Shown: piece after piece, positions 49,901-62,698 of the stretch
How the letters are laid out: each line of letters opens with the position of its first letter
How positions within the stretch are numbered: the stretch's first letter is position 1
Assembly (NCBI GenBank): GCA_907165135.1
Contig: OU015566.1
Location: 124,001-188,000, forward strand
Direction: 5' to 3'
DNA length: 64,000 bases
From: Oikopleura dioica
Lineage: Eukaryota > Animalia > Chordata
Notes under the pieces: generated by a model
Databases searched by the model: none
The model's input: only the letters and a program-made list of their open reading frames with translations
Told to the model about the DNA's origin: nothing
Translations under genes and position numbers: made by a program

Positions 49901-50065
49901 GAATCGCCCAAAAACGAGGTCAAAATTTTGAAACTTCGTTTTTGCCCTAATTATATTTGCATTAATTCTGCTGTTCTCCGAGCGTGCTTTTGGTTGATTC
50001 AGAGCCTTTCAAAACCAACAGAAAAAAAATTCAAATAAAAAAAAATTTTTTTCGATGGTCATCGT
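31942..50065 (-). repeat. Satellite array, subfamily 2, reverse orientation, ~108 monomers with higher-order repeats
   Basis: Continuous ~168 bp monomers; diagnostic variants recur at ~1.35 kb and ~3.4-4.0 kb periods. Confidence 0.96.
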
Positions 50066-51124
50066 TGATACGAATACGGGAAAGAACTAAGACAAAAAAA
50101 TTAAAATTGAATTTATCTCTCACAAATTATTTTACGCCAATTAGGTTGATCGAGCATGAAATTCACGGTTAAATTGTTCTGATGATTTTGGAGCCAAATC
50201 TCGGATAATGCATGAGTTCATAAAATCTCTATTTTTCCTTCATAACGTACGCGTTATTTCACACTCACAAAGGCACATTAGCCACCCGTTTCGACGGTTT
50301 TTGTTAAAAAATTCTAGTGCTCACAATCTCTTTCCAATATTCTGCTCTGGTAAATATTATTTGATGGATCAAGCTGACTCTTCTATGATTTCAAACGACG
50401 ACATCTTCTCGACAATTGGACTATTCAACTGGTATTCTTCTTCAACTACTTCGAAGCTGTTGCATGATACTTTCATCCTCTAGCTGAGTTCCGCTTTGCG
50501 CGGCTTGACAGTGTGACCCCGTGCTCCTCGGGATGGCGCTGTCTGTAAGTGCTCCTGGTAGGCAAAATTGATTGAACACCTTTTTGGCTCGCTTTAGGGA
50601 AACTGACCATTCTCCTCAAAACCGACAAAACTGCAGCTTCAACAATGGCGGCGACTTCTTCTCCAACGACAACGATCACGCAATGGACTGACAACGAATA
50701 TGGAACTGGCTTTGGTAAACATTTTAACGAAAAGGATTTTTATCGATAAGGGATATGGCAACATAGTTGGAAATTGAACTTATTGATAAAATTGAATTTT
50801 TGCGATAAAATTCGAAGCGAACGTGGCTGTTGAAGCGAAATTGAAATCAACGAAGAAAAACAAATGCGCGAAAGCGCTTCACCATATTTGGAAAGAAAAA
50901 CAGCGGCGCGAAATGCGCTGCGCCTTATTTGGAAATGAAAGCACCTGCGCGAAATGCAAAATTGAAAATTTGAAAATTTGGAAATCACTCTCTTCAAACC
51001 AAAAATAATACAGCCACGTTTCGTATTTTGGCCTCATTCTTCAGCAGGAATTCTAGCTTAGAGAGATTTGCAGTTAATCGGCATCATGGTGCCCACGCCG
51101 GAAGCCAACTTCAAGGTGAATAAA

Positions 51125-52156
51125 ATGCCCGAAGAATTACTTTTCGCTTCATTTCCCTCCCTCAATTCTCGTCAATTTTTTCGGCCGAATATGCTTTCTT
51201 ATGAATTTTTGATTTCTAAAAATAATTTGAGCGACAAAATTAAAGCGATGGAAAAAATTTTCGATAAAAGTATAAAAGATCATAATCGAGAGTCTGATCG
51301 AGAAAATTTGGAAAAAGCTTTTGCTCGACAAGTTGTTGATTGCATTCGCAATAATTGCTCGCATGAATTCGTGAATAATTACGGGCGAGAGATGGCCAAT
51401 TTTGAAAACATGAAGGAAACTTTTGAATTTTTGGAATCGGTTTTTGGAACAGAGTCAGAGGAAGAAAAGCGAGAGCGGGCGGGGATCGAACTTGAAAATC
51501 TTTGCCGTAGATCGGAAATGAATGAAAAGTTCTCCTCATTTTTGACACGAATAAAGTCAGTCGCGGAAATTATCTCTGATAAGCCAGATGCGGTTGCGTT
51601 TATCGTCAACGCTCATTTTTTGAAAAATCTGGAACCGGCGAATAAATCATTTTTGCGTGATCACGGGTTCGGTAAGAAAAGTGCTCAGGAAATTGCGACC
51701 TTTTTGGATTCTCGAGAGAGATATTTAAGTGTCAATGTTTCTTCGATTGAGTCTGCTAATCTGGCATCCTTTGTTGATCGAACGAGTGACCTTTTGGATT
51801 CGAAATTGACTCAGATGGAGACAAATTATGAACGCAAGAATGCCGAATTATTAGAACAGATCAAACAGCTTACGGCGACAGTAGCTAAAATTGAACTCGA
51901 AAAAAAGGCCAAAAATCAGGATATGAGCAGACCTGCAAACCCGCCTGCCTCAGCAAATTTTATCCCCCCGTTTCCGTTTCCGAGATTTCAACAACCGCCC
52001 CAAGCGGCCCCTTTTTGCCAAAATTGCCAACAATGGGGTCATGTCAAACCGAGGTGCCCCAAGATTAAGTGTTATGAGTGTCAGGGTTTTGGTCATATTG
52101 GCAGATACTGCTTGAAAAGACGGGAGAATAACAGCCAAGATCAGGCAAAAAACTAG
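51125..52156 (+). CDS. gag: Gag of element E
   Basis: MPEELLF start, two CCHC knuckles, A_AAA_AAC before the stop. Confidence 0.93.
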   Translation: MPEELLFASFPSLNSRQFFRPNMLSYEFLISKNNLSDKIKAMEKIFDKSIKDHNRESDRENLEKAFARQVVDCIRNNCSHEFVNNYGREMANFENMKETFEFLESVFGTESEEEKRERAGIELENLCRRSEMNEKFSSFLTRIKSVAEIISDKPDAVAFIVNAHFLKNLEPANKSFLRDHGFGKKSAQEIATFLDSRERYLSVNVSSIESANLASFVDRTSDLLDSKLTQMETNYERKNAELLEQIKQLTATVAKIELEKKAKNQDMSRPANPPASANFIPPFPFPRFQQPPQAAPFCQNCQQWGHVKPRCPKIKCYECQGFGHIGRYCLKRRENNSQDQAKN

Positions 52157-54183
52157 ATTTTGGAGCGAATTCTGGTCAAATAACCGTTCCAAAAATCTCA
52201 ATTAACAAAATTGGAGAGCAATTTTATGTAAATGTAAATATTTTTAACTCACCTGTTCGATTTTTGTTAGATACCGGTTCACAATTAAATTGTATTTGTA
52301 AGAAAAATGTACCAAAAAACATAAAAATTCAAAAAACAAAAACTGAAGCAGTTAATTATTCCGGCGGACATATTGAGATTTTGGGGAAAGTCGAAGCGGA
52401 TATAATTATCGAAAATGTTAATTGGGGCAAATCAGAGTTTTATGTCGTTCCCGATAATCTTAGCCCTATTTTGGGTGTTCCTGCTATACAAGATAATGAA
52501 ATAATGATTAATCTACATCGCCGTAGAATTATTCAATCTGGACCGATAGAGCGTTTTGCGAAATTAAATCAAGTTGTTGCGGAAGACACTGTCGAGGACA
52601 ATGATGATAAGAAAAATAGCAGTGAATATGATGCATTCTCGACGGAAACTTTTTTATTTAGGCCAAAATCAGAATTCATTATTGATTTAAAAATAGACAA
52701 TCTTGACCGCTCAAAAAGTCTCTCATTCGATCAATCTAATCTTGGAAATTCAAAATTGCAGCTTATTCCTAGCTTTCAGGTTGTCGATAAAAATTCCCCA
52801 AAGTTTCGTCTTCTTGTTGTTAATCCGACAGATACAGTAATAAGAATCCCCGCGGGTACGATTTTTGTTAAATTGCACGAAATTGTCGAGATTGCAAGAA
52901 TCAAAAATATAAAGCATAAAAACTTGAAAAATATTTCCGTCGGAAGGATTAACTCTCCAAAAATAAAAATGAATTTTGACGCCCTTCTTGATGATTTTGT
53001 TCACCTTTTTTTGGATGATGATGATGAACTCCCCGAATGTACGATTGAAAAATTTTCAATAGACACAGATACAGAATTCCCAATCTCATCAGCTCCATAT
53101 CGCACCGCTTTTAGCTTACGAAATGTTCTTCGAGATCTTTTAGACAAATTTATGGGTAATAAATTGATAGAACGATGCACAAGCCCATGGAATAGTCCAT
53201 GTATTTTGGTCAGAAAAAAGAATGGGCAATTCCGTCTCGTTATCGATTTTAGAAAATTGAACGATGAAACAGTACAGATACATCATCCACTGCCAAATTT
53301 AGAGGATTCTTTGTCTTACTTAGATAAAAGCACTATTTTTTCTTCGATAGATTTGATTAAGGGTTTCCACCAGATCGCTCTCTCAGAGGAGGCAAAAGAT
53401 AAAACCGCATTCTCAAACGAATTTGGACAATTTAGATTTTTGCGAATGCCGATGGGCTGTCGAAATGCTCCAAGTTTTTTCATGAGAGTTATTGATCAGG
53501 CCCTTAGAGGCGTAGAAAAATCTGAGATTTTACCGTACATGGATGATATTCTTATTCATAGTAAAACAGAAGAACAGCATTTCTTAAATATCAAAAAGTT
53601 TTTTCACATTCTAGACGCAAATAATTTAAGAATAAATTCACGTAAAGCTTCATTTTTTACGAGATCAGTGACATTTTGCGGCTATTTTATTTCGGATGGC
53701 AATATTTCTCCTTCAACTGATAAAATTCAAGCAATAAAAAATTTACAAATTCCATGCTCCAAAGAAAGTGCACAAAGCCTTTTTGGGCTTTTGAATTTTC
53801 ATAGGCGTTTTATTAAAAATTTTGCGGCTATCGCATTACCTATAACAAAAACTTGGAGAAATGGGTTTTTATGGACGAATGATGCTACTGAAGCCTTTAA
53901 AAAGCTTCAGAGTATTATTTGTGATAATGCGATGAAACTTAAAATAACCCCTGTAGAAGACGCACTGTTTGTTCTTGAAACAGATGCGTCAAATAATGCC
54001 TATGGTGGTGTCCTGTATATCTGTGAGAAAAATTGTAGGGAGGAGTCTCATCATCATTCGAGCGAGTGCTTGATTCCTGTGGGCTATAATAGTGGTAATT
54101 TTAATGAAACTCAGTCAAGATACACAATTATCGAAAAAGAGTTATTTTCAGCAAAACAATGCATGATGAAATGGGCTATATAT
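52147..54183 (+). pseudogene. pol: 3'-truncated pol (PR, RT, most of RNase H)
   Basis: LDTG, YMDD and LETDAS motifs; strongly similar to element A pol. Confidence 0.92.
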
Positions 54184-55881
54184 GATATACTGTATGGTCC
54201 ATACCATACAGTATGGTTAGGCAGTTCGGGTCAAGATGATTTTCAGATAAATTGAAAGTTGAGACTCAGTCTTGGTGGGTGGAAAGATTTAGTCTCCCAG
54301 ATCAGCTGGATGAGGATGAAACGTAATAAGAGATTAGCTGGATGATTAAAAAAGACTTTTCAAACAGAAGAGAAGATCACAAGACAGCTGGATTAAAATT
54401 TGATTACAATAGGATGAACTTTGATGGAGGTTTTATTGAATAAACTCACGTTTTCGGAAGTTTTAAGTGTGATTTTTGGAATCTCCATGGACCATGGTCA
54501 AATTTGTATTTTCCTCGATAAATTTGCGATTTCCCAGTGAGCCTCGCTGTTTCCCGCAGAGTTGGGCAGTTCGGCCGTGTAGGGCTTGTCACCCGCTGGG
54601 GGGCAGGCGAATCCCTCTTACCCCCATTATACCTACCGGGTGTGCCCATCTCCTACCGCGTTACTCGCGTGTGCCTCAGCTGCTCCACCCTCGCGCCTCT
54701 CGCGCGCCCTTTTAGAATTCGCTCTAGCGAGTGCGTGGAGAAGTTCTTTTTTCCCGTTTGGACAGTCCCTGCTATAAGAGGCCGTATCCGTTGTCGGTTC
54801 GGTCGGTCTGGTCCGTTTTTTGGTCGCTCGGTTTTCGGGTTTTTGATCGGATTACTCGGTTTTTAAAATCAAAATCAAGATCAAGAAATCAAATTTTTAT
54901 AATATTTGTCATTCTCACAAGGCGCTCTAATCAAAGCATTTTACTGTGACAGTAGATTTGCTCTAAATACAAAGATTAAAAAGATTATCAAGAGCTTTTG
55001 CGCAGAAATTCAAAAAATCGTCCAATTTTAATCAGTTCTTTCTGTTTTTAAAATTATTTTTATTACTTTTCAAAAAAAATGAAAATTTTCGATTTTTCTC
55101 AAAAAAAAATTTCATGACGAATATAGGTAGTATAGGACGTATATAGGAATAGAGGTATATGAGTATTTTGAGTTCCAAAAAATCCAAAAATGCAAGTGTT
55201 CAGTGAGAGGATTTTCTTTTCGTAAAAGGGAAGTCTTCCTCTGGCGGGTTCTTCCGCGTTGTTCTCCGCTTAGTGAAAAAGCGAAAAACGCACACTTGGT
55301 GTCGTTTATTCGGGCTCGAGTCCAGGGAAACCCCCTTCTTTCATCGGTATCTTTTTTAGTGCAGAACGCAGTTCTGTATTTACAGAATGCCATTCTGCAT
55401 TTGCAGAATGCCGTTCACCCTTATTTCGATTCTTGAAAATGAGAAACTCATTATCACCCAAATCATTCTAGATCTTAAAAAAGAGCACAATAAAAGACCA
55501 TAATATGAAACTATGAACTGTCTGTATTTACTTTTGACTCTCTATTAGGTTGATTCTTATCAAAAACATCTTCCAAGAATTAAAAAGAATGCTATATCAT
55601 ATAATAAGACAAATATTCTTAAAATATCGATGCGATAAATAAGCGCTTACACTCAGCAACTCGCGAAATAATATGGTGACCATACGCAAATACTGACTAA
55701 AATCAAGGTCAGGTCTTCTGAGGGATCTTCATGGTGAAATGATATAAAATGCTCGATCATAAACCCGTTAACAAAGCAGTCAATATGTAATTTGTTTACT
55801 AAAATAGGTGGTGGCCTAAAACGTCGTCCAGTTGCTGCATGTGCGGCCTAAAACGTCTTTCCTGTTGCTGCATGTGTGGCC

Positions 55882-56059
55882 CAAAACGTCTTTTGGGCCC
55901 CTAGGCTAAATATATGAGTGGGTCGAGAGATGCTTGGTAAAGCCACGTCGCCTAACAGCCCAATAATAGCAATAATAGCTAGCTCCGACGATGACTCGGC
56001 TTCTTACCTAACGATGACACAAGAAAACCTATTAGCCTAGGGGCCCAAAAGACGTTTTG
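55882..56059. mobile_element. Small inverted-repeat element (MITE-like)
   Basis: 28-bp perfect inverted repeat CAAAACGTCTTTTGGGCCCCTAGGCTAA; ~33-bp tandem copies of a related motif just upstream. Confidence 0.6.
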
Positions 56060-58078
56060 TTGAAAAATGTCCGGAAAATTGGACCATGGTTAATTTTGCA
56101 GTGCCCAACTTAAATGCCTTATAATCGGAAAAGTGTCCGGAAAAATGGACTCCGGAAAAATGGAAACAAACTGTAATTTCGAGAAAAATTCGCACGCGAG
56201 TTTCGGGTATTTTTTTCAACTATGGCAAAAACCAATTTCTTATTAATCGATTACTTATCAATAAAATGATTGAGTTTTTGCATTTTTTTCTTTAATCATT
56301 TATCAACGATGTCACTTATAATATCTAATCAATTAAAATAGAAATGGATTCTGTTTATATCAAGTATTTTCAGTAGTTGATAGGATTACAACGATTCAAA
56401 CTGAACCGAAAAATTCATTAACCCATCTTGATTTTTTGCATTTATGGTCCTCAAAATCAACAAAGAAAACTTCTGTGTTTTTGGTTCTATACTCTTGAGT
56501 ATCCTTATAATCAGGCGTCAGGATTCGCTTGGCTTCACGAGGCGAATTCGCTTCGCTTTCGCTTTTTACCAAAAATTTTTGCTCAATTTTTCAGAAGGAA
56601 GAATGTGTTAAAATTTATTAAAATAAATTGATTTGTTCTAGGATAACGATAATGAACGCCAATAACCAAAATTTATGGGTTTTTTTAAGCCACAAGGAGT
56701 CGAAAAGAGAACGTTTTGCGTGCGCAAGGGGTGTTTAAATTTTTGTGCTTTAATCAGGCATTTTTAATCACGCTAGAATACGCCAAAGAATCTCGCATCA
56801 TGATTTTCTAGACGTTGTTATTGAAGAACTAGCTAGAGGAGCTTGTTTTTGGGGCAATTAGTTGCCACTGTAATTCACAATGACAAGATACAAGAGAAAC
56901 CAGAAGCAGACTATGAATATTGTTTTTGCTCTTGTTACCGTAATAGTAAGCGAAAAAAGCCTTTAAGTCGGGGGTCGACGAGAATCGGTATTTTTAGGAA
57001 CAAAATTCCGAAAAACCTGATTGGCTGGAAAAATTTGGACTTTTTGAGTGATAATAAAAGGGTTGAAAATCTATCGGCGAAAAGAAGAAAAAATTTTGAC
57101 CAGAAAAAATGGTCCAAAACTTGTCTAAAAATGAACCCAAAATTTCCATTTTGGCAATTTTCTGATTTTTTCGTCGTGTTTTTTCGGACACGTTTGGTAA
57201 AGAAGTGCACGAAATTTCTGCGAAGACTCGAGAAATTCTTAGCCGATAGATTCTTAATACCCTTCTTTTCCCAACCGAGAAGTCAAAATAAACTTACGAA
57301 ATTTTCGAAATAAATAATTTTGACTATATTTTTGAATTCCTTATCAAAATCTAAAAATTCTTTGTTTCTAGCTTTTTTTTTATTAGTCCATGTAAAACCC
57401 GATAAAAATCGAGTTTTACTTTGAGTCAAAATTGGAAAAAACACCCGAAAACCGCGTGCGCGTGCGTGCGCGTGCGCGAATTTTTAAAAATCCCGTGCGC
57501 ATTGATTTTAAGAACCCGCGTGCGGGTGCGTGCGCGCACGTGCGCCCACGTGCGAACCTTTTAACATGATATTTTCTTGTGTTTTTAGCTAAAATTTAGG
57601 TAATTGTGATCAATTTTTGTATAAATTAAGTTTAATATTGACTTTGATTCTATAGAAATAAGTCAAGGGCTCTTCAAAAAATATATATAAATAAATAAAA
57701 TGATTTTTCTTTGTTTAGGTTTTTGAGAAAAATTTTTTGGAAGGACAAAAACTCAAAATTTTGAAGAGATTTTTCCCTATTTTTCACATTTGCACGCGTG
57801 CGCGCACGTGCGCTCTTTTTATCTCCGGGTGCGCGTGCGTGAGTCTTCGAAAATCTCGCGTTCGAGTGCGTGCGCGTGCGCAAAACACGCACGCATGCGC
57901 ACGTGCGCCGCACGCGCACGTATTTTTTCGCACTATGCTTTGAGTATAAGCTTATACTATAAGCGTGCGGCGGTTCTGCATTTTCAGAACGCCGTTCTGC
58001 TGCAGGACGTGGCCGCCCTACACCCATTTTTTTCTGAGACACTGACCCTTAATTATTTGATTGCCGATTAATTCTTAA

Positions 58079-59483
58079 GGGGGAGGTCGTCAATATCGGG
58101 GTTTCTCTTGAACAAAAAAGCGGGAAAACCTGCTTGGTTGAGAGAAATTCGAATTTACGGGTGAATAGAAAAGGGTTTAAATAATTCATCGGCGAAAACT
58201 AGAAAAATTTTTTGCCAGAAAAAATGGGTCGAAAATCCCGTCAAAGTAGGGCCATTTTCGCGAAAATCGACCAAAAACGATCATTTTTTAACAATTTTCT
58301 CAATTTAACCCCCTAAAACTTATTTTTATCAGAAAATTTAAGGCTCAATAGTAGGGTAGGCCAAGAAAAAAGTGAAGTCTCATTTCAGCAGGATCTGACA
58401 ATTCCAAAAATATATTATTCATATGCACACTTTTGTATAAGTGTGATTTTGATAACCCATGAAGATCCATGTTGACGACCCCCCCCCTTAAGGGTCCCAT
58501 CTATCTGTTAATTATATTTGATTGGCGAAAAAAAGTCAGGGTTTTGAGAATTTTTGTTCGGGAGACGCCCCCACTTTAAGGGGGTCCCCATTGGTTTTTG
58601 CGAAATCACCCATTTTTGAACAGCGCTGACCAACAGATGCTCTTTTATTTTTGAATTCTTCAACTTTTAAATTGTAGATCTAACCTTCAACTAAAAATGT
58701 AAATTTGGAGAAAAAAAATTATCAAGCAGTTTAGGCGCTAGAGAGCTCAAAAGAGGTCTTACTCGAGAAGAATACCTATTTTGGGTCATTTTCAAACACG
58801 CCTCAAGCCCAAAAAGTAACAGATTTTTTTCAAACTAGGTATGTTTTTCGAAACAACTAACCTTGATCTAAAAATGTAATGAAGAATAGCTGGATACCCC
58901 AAAAAATGTTTATGTAATATCGACGATGAAAAAAAAGTACGATTTTAAAAATTTCGGCCCTTTGAATTGCCTTCCGGGCATAACCCAGACTCTTATTTTT
59001 TGGCATACATAGAAAGCTGAGCTTAAAAGCTCTCTAAAAATGTGTCGTATAAGGCAGTACGACTGATTTAAAAATGGGATAATTTTTTCATTTTCACACT
59101 TAGACATCAAAATCGGCGACTTCAAGCTCAATTTTCGGGACATTCTCTTGACAATAAAGAAAAATGGTCAAGAAATTTTTTGTTGCTCTTTACATTAGCT
59201 TTTTAAAAATTGATAAATGACATCGTGTAGATAAATGTAGGAGTTGTTTGCTAAGCAAACTGCAATAAACTCCTACATTTTAAAAATTATTAAAGAATTT
59301 TAAAATTCCGTCTTTTGCAAAAGCAATGGGGACCCCCTTAACCTTTATTTTTGAAAAATTTTTCCAAGAAATTTTTTTTCGACCCTTCCCTTTTTACCTA
59401 AGGAATCAAATATTTTCAATAGAATCAGGTTTTCCCGCATTTTTGTTTTTCCGTAATCCGGATATTGACGACCCCCCCCCCCC
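58079..59483. mobile_element. TTAA-flanked non-autonomous element, Kolobok-like (GG termini)
   Basis: TTAA at 58075 and 59484; TIR GGGG..GTCGTCAATATC plus AACAAAAAWGCGGGAAAACCTG; extra TIR copy at ~58471-58487. Confidence 0.75.
58580..59337. mobile_element. Nested TTAA element
   Basis: TTAA-GGGGGTCCCCATTG...CAATGGGGACCCCC-TTAA. Confidence 0.75.
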
Positions 59484-60837
59484 TTAATTTAATAATAATA
59501 ATTTTTTCAAGGTTATTTTGATAAAAATCTTTGGAAACGATCAAGTGATCAAAGGAACAATAAAAATCAATGATGAATGCTCAGAAAGTGTGAATGACAT
59601 TTTTCTTGATCTTGAAAAGCTTGAGGAAAATTATCCAGATCTTCAAGGAATCAGAAGAAAAGACATTGTCACCAATAAATGCTTCTATCCAGGTACATTC
59701 AGTTCTTTTTCATTTAATAATCGAATTAAGGCTATTCAAGCGTAAATTCAATCATAAGATTCAATCGTCATTTCAACCCAAAGATCCTCGCAAAGCCTGA
59801 AAGCTGTCATTTTGCTGATTCAACCAGGACTTCAATCATTTTTGGAATCAAGACAATGCCTCAATCAACTGTTGCCAGAGAAATAATACGACAAACCTGG
59901 CTCAGAGAAGATATCTGGGAATGGTTAGGAGTCCAGATAAAAGTTGTGTTCCTCGTCGGCAGCTGGGGTCGGCAACTAGCCAGTAGCTTGTGAGTTGGCC
60001 TGTTTATCAGAAAAAATCACCAGGTCACTGCTTGCTTTGGAGCACAGTTGAAAGTCTATTGGCAGTACTGCAACGACTGCCCCTTGTAGCTGCCAATTTA
60101 TGCCGTTCTTCTTCAAGAATTAGCAGTACAGTTTTTTTTCTCTTTTGTTGACATTTTCGTCATTTGTGTATGTTATATTTGTAAAGATAAAGATTAAAGT
60201 GGATTGAATAGGTAGTGAACCCCGAAAGAGCGGAATCCGCTCAGCGGATAAAGCGTCACCAATCATAAAATCACAAAGGGTATTTAATCTGCGCAACCAA
60301 CTGTTACAAAAACGACAAATAAAAGCAACAGAAAAACGTTTCGAGGATTAAATTTGCCACTCTACTAGGGAAGATATTTTGACACTGCGGCGGTACATTT
60401 TTATCCGGATTCTTGCCAACTTTAATGGCTATTTTAACGAAAATTGTCGTAACAAACATCCACAAAAAGGAACAAAAACTGTCAATTCCCGACCAATTCT
60501 CAATTCGAAAAAATAGCATTTTTTTCTTGACGGATAGTAAAAAATATAAAGATTAAATTTTGCCACTCCACCTCATTTAACTCTCAATTTTTTCTGAAAA
60601 GAGACGATTTTTTATTAGATAAATTTTATTTTTCTTAGTTTTTTTAACACTCGGAGATATAACAGAAATTATTTTTTTTAATTTTTGATAATCTTCAATA
60701 AATTAAAAAAATGGCAATTGTTGGCAGTTACAGTTGCGTCCTTGAAAAAGCCTGGCAGTCCTTGATTTGATATGTTTTCAAATATCATACTGTTCAAGCA
60801 AGGGTGTTTGAATTGGCCAAAAGCAAAGGCTCCTTAA

Positions 60838-61353
60838 GGGACCTTGGCGAGATAGATCAGACGCTACTTCAAGTGCGCCTCATATGTTTTTGACTAGATG
60901 TTTATCAAAAATTTTTTTGCAAACAATATCTACAAACACTTGGCTTCCTTTTTCAGCTATCTGTTTTCCTCTATCATTTATAGTTAAGCCGCAATTGCGA
61001 AAGAAAGAAGTTCATGTTCAAAAGGATTCAGCGCCCTCATTTTTCACTGTATGAAATTGAAAGCACATTCAGCAGAAAGAGCAGACAATTCTCTACAAAA
61101 GTTGCTTATGAGGGTCTATGATAGCAATTACCTGGCGAGATCAAGGGAGCTTTTTCCGGAGTGGATCGGTTCCGCGGCGGGCGTTCTTGCAATTACTGCT
61201 AAACTACTATAAATGATAGAGAAAAACAGAAAGCTGGAATAGGACGCCAAGTGTTTGTAGATATTTTTTTCAAAAAAAAAATTTGAAAAACACCTAGTGA
61301 AAAATATATGAGGCGCGCTTGAAGTAGCGCCCGATCTTGCTCGCCAAGGTCCC
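60838..61353. mobile_element. TTAA-flanked MITE with ~120 bp imperfect TIRs
   Basis: TTAA-GGGACCTTGGCGAG...CTCGCCAAGGTCCC-TTAA. Confidence 0.85.
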
Positions 61354-62344
61354 TTAAGAAAAAAATGATTAGGAGATGGACTTTTTTAGGTAAAGAGATG
61401 GGTCTACTTTGAGGGAATCTTTCGCCATTTTTTCGAGAAAATTTTTTTTTTCAAAATTAGCCGCCCACACAAATTGGACCCTTTTTAACTTATTTACAGT
61501 GAAAACCCATTTTAAGGCCCACTCTTTAAAGGCCACGTTTTCGAAAAATCTCCAAAATCTGTCATCCTAAAAAAAATCCACTTTAAGGCCACTTTTTTTT
61601 CGAATTCCGAAAGTTACAGTTTCGCTAGAAAAAAGCTAGTTACCTTCGACTGTATCCTCGACCATTTTGAAGTCGATGGCTTTTCAGTGTCGGCATTGTC
61701 TGTCACTTGAACTTGAGGCACTTCTTCAATCTCTATAGGAGTACTTGGACGCGTTTCATCAATTTGAAGCGCCAGAAAATGCTCGACAAATTCTTTTTCT
61801 TGTTTGTCCAGAACACTTACTCAACATCGAGATCTTCAAACTGATCGATTTCTTCTCGTAAATAATCCTCTCGAAGATTTCGAGTGCATGACGATTTCGA
61901 TAGAGATTTTTGATCCATTTCTCTGACATGTTGGCAGAAAAAATATTTTTGAGAGAATGAAAGAAAGAATCACCTATAGTCCAATTTAAACAACATATTT
62001 TGGCAATTGCTATGAATCATACTTTGTTCGGGCGATAGAAACATGCAGTAGACTCGGGCATTCCCGTATAGACCCCCGTTATGATTCATTTTTGTCCGAA
62101 AAATGGAAAAATTTGTTGTCATCCGACGCAAGGCAAAAAATATCCATTTTAAGGCCATTTTTGAAATCCGTTGTCATCCAAAAAGTGGCCTTAAAATGGG
62201 TTTTCACTGTACACTGAGAGATAAAATATATTATTCGAAAAAATTTGAGGTTTTTAGGTTGAAAAATCTTAGTCTCGACCACCACCCCCTTACGTCTTTT
62301 TACATCTGTATCGTAAAATCTTGTATAGACTATACAGTATAGTC

Positions 62345-62698
62345 CGGGAACCCTCGACTCGCCGGGATTTCCTCGACTCGCCGGGAGTTTGCATTTTTTT
62401 TCCCGGCGAGTCGAGGGTCTTCTAGAAATTGCTAGAATCATCAATTAAACCCATTTTTAACGCAGATATATTTGATATTTTAAATCATTCCTTACCAAAT
62501 ATTTCCCTAAGAAATGGTTCAGTAGGAGTTATAGTTTGGGTTTAAGGTAAGGGTTTAGGGTTAGTGTTGAGAAATGGTGTTAGCGATTAGGGTTAGGGTT
62601 AGGGTTGGTGACCCTCGACTCGCCGGGATTCTGTCTGCATATTTTTTCCCGGCGAGTCGAGGATCAGGCGAAAATCCCGGCGAGTCGAGGGTCTCCCG
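62345..62698. mobile_element. MITE with repeated CCTCGACTCGCCGGGA motifs and internal TTAGGG repeats
   Basis: TIR CGGGA(G)ACCCTCGACTCGCCGGGAT; 7-bp direct flank TATAGTC. Confidence 0.7.

Larger units (their letters stand above)
50066..54183 (+). mobile_element. Element E: 5' half (5' LTR 50066-51086, PBS, gag, PR-RT-partial RH) of the split element
   Basis: Flank ATCGT, PBS TGGTGCCCACGCCGG (51087-51101); pol homology to element A ends at KWAIY. Confidence 0.93.

Noticed and set aside
7933-50065. Dozens of 60-220 aa ORFs in the satellite
   Set aside because: They are translations of the repeated monomer with frame set by A/T-tract length; no coding signal.
31942-50065. CRISPR-like array
   Set aside because: Whole monomers repeat with no unique spacers; no cas genes; eukaryotic context.
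54303-54330. Hammerhead-like CTGGATGAGGATGAAAC
   Set aside because: Extra G in the core, no stem II, and no stem I/III pairing found.
61670-61930. Acidic coding-like relic on the minus strand
   Set aside because: Interrupted by stops and frameshifts, with no recognisable motif.
62585-62606. Chromosome end or true telomere
   Set aside because: Only ~3 units, internal to a MITE.
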